Origin: Owenweeksia sp.
GTDB lineage: Bacteria > Bacteroidota > Bacteroidia > Flavobacteriales > Schleiferiaceae
Assembly (NCBI GenBank): GCA_028277105.1
Contig: JANQHO010000017.1
Span: 1-64,000 of the forward strand
Direction of reading: 5' to 3'
DNA length: 64,000 nt
The translations under genes were made by a program, and so were the position numbers. The notes under the pieces were generated by a model. The model did no database searches. It worked only from the letters and a program-made list of their open reading frames with translations, and was not told the DNA's origin. Positions 8,619 through 16,500 of this stretch are shown in pieces; the first letter of the stretch is position 1, and each line of letters begins with the position of its first letter.

Positions 8619-11111
8619 CTATAAGACGCTTAATTTTAAGACTGTTCCATCGTTTCCTTTATGATGAATTACCAGAAAATAAAGCCCTGGGCGAATAGTG
8701 CTCGGAATAGTAACCGTAAAATCCGATTGGTGTCTTTCGTCTTTTGAGAGAAGCGTTTTCCCATGTACATCAACCATCTGGAAACTATCGACCGTCTGAT
8801 TATTGAGAACCGTTATGGTTTCACCTCTGGAAACGGGGTTTGGGTAAACCTGTTGTGGTATACCGCTAAACATATCTTCGGTTACTCCTAATGATTCGCC
8901 TAAGCATTCAAAATTCTTGGCATTATAAAATTGATGTATGTTTTGAGCGTGATCTTTTAGCTTTATCACAGAATTGAACGATTCCAATGGTGCTACAGCA
9001 CTATCACGCCCATAAATAAGAGCTAGATCAATACACCTTTCTTCATCTATTGCTACTCCACCTATATCTATTAAGGCTAAAGTTCTGGTATCAGGAGAAT
9101 TAGCTGGACTCTCATACCAATTAGCCGCATCATTATAGGCAAAATTGGTAGAAGAAGAGGACGCAGGTATTTCATAGCCGTCTCCATTATTTAAATTAAA
9201 TAAACCCGATGGATTTTCTACTGTCAGCGGAGAGCTATCTTTCCAGCGTCTATTCATAATATTTATATAATCCCCTGAAGACTGAGGATCAGTTGTTGCC
9301 GTTGGACCAAATGAACTAGTGTTATTATAATACATAAAACCTGATAAGGAGTCTGAGAGAAAAGTTCCACCAAAGGCAGGAGGGTTTGATCCATAGCCAA
9401 GTGGCCCTTCATCATAAGAATCACCATTATATGCATAAAATACTCCATTGACACTATCGCTCCCAATCACATCATCAAAAGCAGCTCCTATATCATAATC
9501 TGTCCATAGGCCTAATTTTAATTGGTTGTAATTCAATCCAGAACGGTTATGAATTTTGTAGGTTAGAAATATCGAATTCTCAAATTCTGCCACAGCAGAA
9601 TCATAAGCGTACATCATACCATGGATTTCCATTTGCATAGAGTTGGTGTTGCTCTCAGTTTTTGATCCTCGTGTATCATTCATAATAAAATAGAGTGCTT
9701 CATCTCCTCGAATATCGGGGTGTTCCCCTAGTGATGGTTCATATACACCGTTGTAATTGTAGTCCTCAAACGGAGCTAAGAAGCGTGCTTCTCCCTTGGC
9801 CTGATCACCATTTCCAGGCCAGTCAGCTATTCCAAAGGGTGCAGAATAAGTAGGATTATTGAATTGCTGCTGATGCGTTTGAATCTCAGATTTGGTTACT
9901 TTCCAAACATGATTATACTTACTGACATATAGCGAATCATATACCTGAGAAATCGGTCCAGAATAAAAATCTACACCATTTTGACCATAAGTTTCGATGC
10001 ATAGAAGTGTATCAAAATTTTGATCAATACCACCAAGCCAGAGCCCAGAAGCAAAAATACTTTGTTTACCTCCTGCTTTTAGGCCGACAAAAGAGAATCC
10101 TTGATTAAAGTTTTTGTACAAACCACCATTCGGAGACACACCAGCTTGGATTTGATTGAGTGATAGTTCTTCATAAGTATGATCTAACGCCAATTCAGGG
10201 AAAAATTGAAATATCGAGTGTTCCTTTCCTATCCAAATATTTCCGAATTTCCCTGCCGTAAAAGCTGAAATAGGACTATTATAAACATAGGTTGTTGCAA
10301 TTGTATCAAGAGAAGAGGTAGTGATTTTGAGTACACCACCTGACCCAAATCCGCTAATCAGTGGGGTATAAATTGTTTGACCGACAGCGATAATTTTCGT
10401 GTGAGTAATGCTATTGGCTAAAGAAAAATCGTCTATCCAACTTTGCCCATCGTAATGGGAAATACCAGCATCGTGCGCACTCCATAAATTACCAGTTATA
10501 TCTACTGCAAAATCTATGGTTTGATTATTTACAGCAGACCCCATGGATGGTAATGTATCCCAGACAGAATTCGCATAAAAATGTCCTGGCTCGTTATTAC
10601 TACGAGTTCCTAGATACAGAGTATTTTGAAAACTTTTTAATGTAAACCCTCCGATGTTGTGATTGGTAAAGGCATTACCTGTAAATTCAAAAACATCTTT
10701 AGAAAAGAAGCTACCACCACCAAGACACCAGAGTGTATTATTAGCCGTGAAAACGATTTCAACAACGGGTGTTGTCAGCCCTTGTGTTGGTAAAATAGTC
10801 CATATGCTTCCATCAAATTTATAAACGCCATTGTCTGTTCCGATCCAAATTGTATCACTATTTTCTTCAATAGTATGAATCGTCCCTGGGGACGGAACAA
10901 TAGCATTGCTAGGATATTTAGTGATTTGATTTCCATTATTGGCAATATGTACTATCTCGAAATCCGTTGCTACCCAAATTTCACCTAGATCGGTTTCTAC
11001 AATATCATTTATATCATTTAAATCTTGGCCATAAAAAATACCACTTTGAGCGGTTAAGAAAGAAGAATATAAAAAAGTGAACCAGACAAAAAGGGAGCTT
11101 TTTTTGTTCAT
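8619..11111 (-). CDS. Secreted beta-propeller-repeat protein with a C-terminal T9SS type-A sorting domain (Por_Secre_tail)
   Basis: Signal peptide from the internal Met (MNKKSSLFVWFTFLYSSFLTAQ). The ORF-table start at 11144 is probably too long. C-terminal ...VYPNPVSRGETITV...LYFLVIHHKGNDGTVLKLSVL matches the TIGR04183-like CTD. Repeated W/G-rich propeller-blade-like segments. Confidence 0.75.
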   Translation of the reverse strand: MNKKSSLFVWFTFLYSSFLTAQSGIFYGQDLNDINDIVETDLGEIWVATDFEIVHIANNGNQITKYPSNAIVPSPGTIHTIEENSDTIWIGTDNGVYKFDGSIWTILPTQGLTTPVVEIVFTANNTLWCLGGGSFFSKDVFEFTGNAFTNHNIGGFTLKSFQNTLYLGTRSNNEPGHFYANSVWDTLPSMGSAVNNQTIDFAVDITGNLWSAHDAGISHYDGQSWIDDFSLANSITHTKIIAVGQTIYTPLISGFGSGGVLKITTSSLDTIATTYVYNSPISAFTAGKFGNIWIGKEHSIFQFFPELALDHTYEELSLNQIQAGVSPNGGLYKNFNQGFSFVGLKAGGKQSIFASGLWLGGIDQNFDTLLCIETYGQNGVDFYSGPISQVYDSLYVSKYNHVWKVTKSEIQTHQQQFNNPTYSAPFGIADWPGNGDQAKGEARFLAPFEDYNYNGVYEPSLGEHPDIRGDEALYFIMNDTRGSKTESNTNSMQMEIHGMMYAYDSAVAEFENSIFLTYKIHNRSGLNYNQLKLGLWTDYDIGAAFDDVIGSDSVNGVFYAYNGDSYDEGPLGYGSNPPAFGGTFLSDSLSGFMYYNNTSSFGPTATTDPQSSGDYINIMNRRWKDSSPLTVENPSGLFNLNNGDGYEIPASSSSTNFAYNDAANWYESPANSPDTRTLALIDIGGVAIDEERCIDLALIYGRDSAVAPLESFNSVIKLKDHAQNIHQFYNAKNFECLGESLGVTEDMFSGIPQQVYPNPVSRGETITVLNNQTVDSFQMVDVHGKTLLSKDERHQSDFTVTIPSTIRPGLYFLVIHHKGNDGTVLKLSVL

Positions 11112-11199
11112 AAGTCTAAGTTTTAGTTGAAGTTCAAAAATCAAAAAAATATCTGAAATAAATGAGTTTGTTGGGATTTAAGTGATTTTAAAAACAAAT

Positions 11200-12230
11200 A
11201 GGTATTCGTAAAGATAAAGTTTGTAGATTTCGGTCAAATATTTATTGATGGAATTAGCTCAATTTTTTAAGACTTAAAGTGATGAAGACTCTTATATAGA
11301 GTTGTTTAAAGAATTTCGCGATAGTCAGGGGGTTACTTGCAAGCGTTGTGGCAGACAACAGCATATGTGGATTCATACTGTGCGAAAATATGAATGTATG
11401 TCCTGCGACTATCAAACCACTCTTCGCAGCGGCACTCTGTTTCAAGCCTCTAAAATACCTTATCATTATTGGATTTATGCTATTGTTTTAATGACTTACA
11501 CCAAGAAGAGCATTTCGGCTTTAGAGATGCAACGTCAATTAGGTCATAAACGTTATGAACCCATTTGGGCTATGATGCATAAAATCCGTAAGGCTATGGG
11601 TAATCGAGATTCACGGTATCAGTTGGAGGAATTGATAGAATTAGATGATGGCTTTGTAAAAACCTTTAAGGATAAAGATGGTGATGATTCAAATGGTAAT
11701 AAGCTAGGTAGAGGAACTCAGGAAAACTCCAATATACTGGTTATGTGTAGGGTGGATAGCGGAAAATAGGATGGTAATAAGAAGAAGGATACGGCTTTTA
11801 GATATGTGAAAATGCAACTAACTCACAATCAAAAAGGGGAAGAGTTTGAAAGAATCGTTGGATAATATGTTGACCCTTCATCTTGTCTAATCTCTGATGG
11901 TTTTAGATCTTTTAATCAACTAGACCTTAAAATGAAAAGTCACCTTCAACTTACAGTAAGCCCTAAACTCAGTAGTAAGGTTATACCTTGGGTGCATACC
12001 ACTATTTCCAACCTCAAAAGGCAATTATTAGTAGTGCATTCGGGGATAAAAGAATCTTATATATAGAATTACCTCGATGAGTTCTGCTATAAAACCAATA
12101 GAAGGTATTTTGGATTTAAACTATTCGATAGGGTCATGGTAGCCGCGGTTACTTTTTCTCCCTTAATCAATGACACTTTATGAAAACCGATACCCATTTA
12201 GATTAAATCTTACACTCTATTGGTGCCCTT
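11200..12230 (+). mobile_element. Degraded IS1595-family insertion sequence (boundaries approximate; IRs not confidently identified)
   Basis: Contains a transposase pseudogene with the IS1595 zinc-ribbon and ISXO2-like DDE domains. Locally AT-rich. Confidence 0.55.
11302..12183 (+). pseudogene. IS1595-family transposase, N-terminally truncated (TTG start) and broken by frameshifts or stops after aa 155
   Basis: ...CKRCG...YECMSCDYQTTLRSGTLFQASKIPYHYWIYAIVLMTYTKKSISALEMQRQLG...MMHKIRKAMG is the Zn_Tnp_IS1595 signature. ...IELDDGFV starts the DDE domain. Downstream, in other frames, ...VKMQLTHNQKGEEFERIV... and ...HLQLTVSPKLSSKVIPWVHTTISNLKRQLLVVHSGIKESY.NYLDEFCYKTNRRYFGFKLFDRV are the IS1595 C-terminal motifs. 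Confidence 0.75.
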
Positions 12231-12399
12231 TAGAAGTATTTAAGGCTGGACAGATGCATAATGAACAGGCTTCATTACTGCTTTAGCGGGAACTGTTGCT
12301 CTTACAGATGCGGAGGAGGAAAGGGAATTTGAAAAAGTCATCGTCTGTAAGTTTATCCACCCTTTTGAGGGAAAAAAGCACGATTACAGCTATGGAGTT

Positions 12400-12594
12400 T
12401 TGCTTGATGTAAAGGCAGCAGCAGGACATTATTCCAGTGGATGGTTACTATATTATGATTGTTGTGGTGATTATTCGGGATTCTCTGGCTCAGAACATAA
12501 AAGGGCTGAAAATCTTATTAAAAAGTATGTTGCTGATGGACTAGTCGAACTTCGGGAACTTAAAGTAGGTAAAAGATATTCCGAAAATATGTAG
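12400..12594 (+). CDS. Hypothetical protein (TTG start; the frame is open back to 12265). Possibly the N-terminal half of a frameshifted gene continuing in 12573-13100.
   Basis: ORF only, no recognisable motif. Its stop at 12592-12594 lies inside the upstream open extension (from 12573) of the next ORF, in a different frame. Confidence 0.25.
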   Translation: MLDVKAAAGHYSSGWLLYYDCCGDYSGFSGSEHKRAENLIKKYVADGLVELRELKVGKRYSENM

Positions 12595-12698
12595 CAAAAC
12601 ATCTTAATACATCTAGAGAATTAACTCAAGAGAAAATTCAGGAGATTGAAGAACAATTAGAAGAAAAATCTACAACACAGAGATTAAAAGCAGATGAT

Positions 12699-13100
12699 GT
12701 GCTTGGAAAAGCAATTATCCTTGAACAATTGACGTATTATGCTTTTAGTAAAAATAACAAAGCTAGCTCAGTTGAGTGGAGTATTAACAAGTCGAATGGG
12801 GAAATTGATATTTTGGTTAAAATTGTTGATGCAATAAAGATTATCGAATGTAAGGTAAATCCAAATAATAGTGACCTCCCAAAAGAATATGAAAAACTAC
12901 TGGTTAATCTAGAAAGGTACTCTGAAAAAGATAAGAATGGTGAATTTTGGTTTTGGATAAAACCTTCTCCTCAAAATACAAAATGGCTAGAGGATAATGG
13001 AATTCGATACGAGTACGTTAACCCAACAGAAAGGTTACCTATTATTCTTAATGGTATTAATCCTAACAATATGAAATTTGTCATGAACTACCAATATTAG
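12699..13100 (+). CDS. Hypothetical small protein with a possible PD-(D/E)xK nuclease-like motif (GEIDILV...IIECK). GTG start; frame open from 12573.
   Basis: hhD(x13)ExK spacing in ...NGEIDILVKIVDAIKIIECKVN... AT-rich islet context next to the IS remnant. Confidence 0.3.
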   Translation: MLGKAIILEQLTYYAFSKNNKASSVEWSINKSNGEIDILVKIVDAIKIIECKVNPNNSDLPKEYEKLLVNLERYSEKDKNGEFWFWIKPSPQNTKWLEDNGIRYEYVNPTERLPIILNGINPNNMKFVMNYQY

Positions 13101-13250
13101 CATTTTGTAAAATGCGAACTCCTCTTCTAAGTTTTCAATACATCAAAATTTGTAAGTCTCTCAATTTCAATTAACAAATTGACAAAATGGTTCGATACTG
13201 TTCCTCTTACCTCCACCAAGCTGCACAAGCAGCTACATTGCTACTGGCAG

Positions 13251-13280
13251 CCCCGCCTCTCTGGCGGGGTTGTTTTGTTT
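13251..13280 (+). terminator. Rho-independent terminator (ccccgcc-tctct-ggcgggg followed by ttgttttgttt)
   Basis: 7-bp GC stem followed by a T-rich tail, downstream of the small-ORF islet. Confidence 0.5.
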
Positions 13281-13433
13281 GCGCCCCTCGCAAGTCATTG
13301 TGTTTCAGGATTAAATCAAAGGGTTATTAATATCATTTCTCTGCTCGAAGAAGGGACATTGTCTTTATAGAGTAATAGTAGGAACCCATTTTCTGTACAG
13401 GCCATAATTGTTTTACCTTAGCCGCAGATATCC

Positions 13434-13508
13434 GGGGAGTTAGCTCAGTTGGTTCAGAGCACCGTCTTGACAGGGCGGGGGTCGCTGGTTCGAATCCAGT
13501 ACTTCCCA
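13434..13508 (+). tRNA. tRNA-Val (anticodon GAC). CCA is encoded at 13509-13511.
   Basis: Acceptor GGGGAGT/ACTTCCC (one G-U pair), D-arm GCTC..GAGC, anticodon stem CCGTC/GGCGG with loop TTGACAG, T-arm GCTGG TTCGAAT CCAGT. Confidence 0.85.
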
Positions 13509-13565
13509 CCAGGCTGTATTTACAGCACCACATCTATGGGCAGGGTTGTTTTGTTTGTAGTTTTT

Positions 13566-16500
13566 TTAGTCGTCAAGCCCCTTTTCCAACACTTCTTTAA
13601 TACCGGCCAGGTTTTCGCTGAAGATCATCATTTGATTAAGGATCTGTCCCATTTCATTTTTGGCACCCAAAGCTTTGAGTTTGTTATTTTTCCGGAATAT
13701 CTGTTTAATGCTCTCCCAGCGCTCTAACTCTTCCTTACTCAAAGTGTCAGTCAGCTCCTTGTACTTTAAGAGGTTGGCCTCAGCGGCCGAAGTAAGGGTT
13801 TGGGATTCACTTTCGTAGTGAGCGAGGAGCAGGGTTTGCAATTCCTCGTCATTCATCACTGGCACTACTTTGGCTACCAGTTTGTTCATATCCCGGTAAG
13901 ACCCCTGCAGCTTAAAAGCAGGTTCGGTGCGGTAGCTGTCTTCCATAGCAGCCGAATCGATGTAGGTGGCATTCACCTTCAATACGGTATCCCTGATCGC
14001 CATCACCTTTTTCAACACCGACAAATAATCCTGTATCTCCTGGCTGGTGTGGTTTCCCTTAAACAGAACTCCCTCTTCGTTGCCAGTTTCGGCTATCTGG
14101 ATAAAACTGTATACGTCCTCAAAATACTTACTGCTGAGCTGGTTTAGTACAGAGTTAGAGGTAAGGGCATTTTCCATCAGGCTAAGTTTAAAGAGGGTAG
14201 CGGTATTGCCAATGATGTCACCTAGGTTGTAGATGTCGGCCCGGTTGGCCAGCATATCGGGGATCTGAAATTTTTCACCGCTTTCGGTATAGGGGTTTCC
14301 GGCCATAACAACACAGAATTTATTCCTGCGCAGATCATAAGTTTTAGCCTGGCCATTGTACACGCCTTCTATTCTACGGGTGCCATCGGCCAGGGAGATG
14401 AATTTTTGCAGGAACTCTGGGTTGCAATGCTGGATATCGTCCAGGTACAGCATTACATTGTTGCCCATTTCAAAGGCCAGGTTGAGTTTTTTCAACTCTT
14501 CGCGGGCTGCGGCATTGTTAGCCGACATGGGATCTATCGAAGTTACATCGTATCCTATGGCTGGGCCGTTAACCTTTACAAAAACCAGGCTCAGGCGGTT
14601 GGCGATGTATTCCATCAGGGTGGTTTTACCGTAGCCGGGCGGGGAAACTAGCAAGAGCATTCCCATGCGATCGGTACGCTTTTTATCGCCCAAGGCCCCG
14701 ATCTGTTTAGCGAGGTTATCGCCAAAAAAAGGCAGGTACACCTGATCGATCAGTTTATTCCGTACAAAAGAAGAGAGCACACGGGGCTGGTAATCTTCCA
14801 GTTTGAGTTCCAGTTTAAGTTCTTCTATCACCTGGTGTTTGGCCTTTTGGTATTCTTTGTAGGCGGGTACTTCCTGCTCGTAATAACTTTGCAGTTGATG
14901 TATGAACTCGTGGTAATCAAAGACAAATTTTCCTTCTTTTACAGTAGGGTGTTCTCCTTTAATTCCTCTGATGATCTCGTAGGGTGAAATATGGTGGAGC
15001 CTGGAAACGGACTCATCTTTAAAGAGTTCCAGGCAAACCACTTCATCTGCATAGGCCAGTAAATTCGGTTTTGTATTTTTTATGAAAGAGGTGGTCCATT
15101 GCCGTATCAACTGTATCCTTGAACTGTACTTTTCTATATCCTGATAACCCGACCTGAATTTCTGGGCCGCCTGTTTTTTTTCCAGTTCATGCACAAATTC
15201 ATCGTAACATTCCCGGGCTAAAATGCTTATCTCAAATTCGTTATTTTGTTTGAGCTCGTTAAACAGGTATTGAGCAATAGAGTGAGCAGGCTCAGGGGCG
15301 AAGAGCTGGCTGATTCTCGCAAAAGCGGCAATTTTTTCCGCCAGCACTTCGAGGGTGTAATCGTATTCGGTAGATTGGGGGAAGATCTCCAATACGGCCC
15401 CTGAGGCTTTGATAGCTTGGTTGAGGTCGATTCTTTCCGCTTCCGGCAAAGAATACCAGAAATACTGGGCCCATGCCCTGAGACCGGGGCGGTAACGCAA
15501 TAAGCCCAATTCGTGGTGTTTGGTAACCAGGGTCTTTAATATTTTGAGAGCGTCCAGGTCGTGTACACCTTTAATATAACCCGCGGAATAGCTTTCGCTG
15601 ATCTCTGCTTTTACCATGGCCGCCAACTCATCTTCTGATGTATTGTATAGTTCCGGAGAACTGTTTTGGGCAAATATCTTATAAGCCAGGTAGGAGGCGC
15701 GGTAGATCTGAGAGTTTTCCGAAACCAGTTCCTGGTTCCAGAAGCGTTGGGATTGATTCAAGATTTCATTCTCAATGGAATGGTATAGGTTGGTTCCCGT
15801 AAGGTGGTACTGTAATTGGTCGTCCTTGTATACGATAGTGAGATCTATGGGTTGTTTGTTAACCGCAAACTTGTGGTTTCCCAATTTGATGATATTATCA
15901 CCATCCTCAAATAGCTCAATAGTGTCTTTCAGTTTGCGCAAAGTATCTTCCCGTACCACTTTCAGTTTGGTCTCCAGCATTTCGGCTTTGCCAACATCAT
16001 CCAGGGATTTGAGTTGCTCTACGATATCTCTGAGCTTATTGATCATCAGGTCGGAGGCAAAATAGCCATTGATAGCTTCCGGGCTTTTAAAGGAAAGGGC
16101 CTTTTTTTCGACCCCTTTGAGAATACGTTCCGAGGCATTTTGGAGAGCTAAGGCCTTTTTATTGCGGGCCTCGACCAGGAAATTCTTTTTCATTTCAAAG
16201 CTGCCATACACTTCTTCACGCTTTTCAACGATCTGGGTGATGAACTCTTCGAAATTGGCAAAACGGCCCTCCAAATCTTCCAATTGAAGGGATATTTTAT
16301 TGAGATATTCATCACATTTTTCAGGGGTGTCCGCTAGGTCGAGGTAGTTGGTTACGCTTTGGTTTACCAGTTTTAACTGAGCGGTAAATTCAGCTTTGGC
16401 CTCTTTGCTGCCCAGCGTTTTGATCTTGTTTTTTATGCTGGCCTTGAGCTGATTGAGGGTAGCGAAGATGAGGGAAATATTGTCGATGATCTCGGTGGTG

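Noticed and set aside
13333-13727. Six-frame ORFs 13333-13533 (-) and 13449-13727 (+)
   Set aside because: They overlap tRNA-Val(GAC) and the 3-prime end of the 1633-aa gene, and carry no coding signal of their own.
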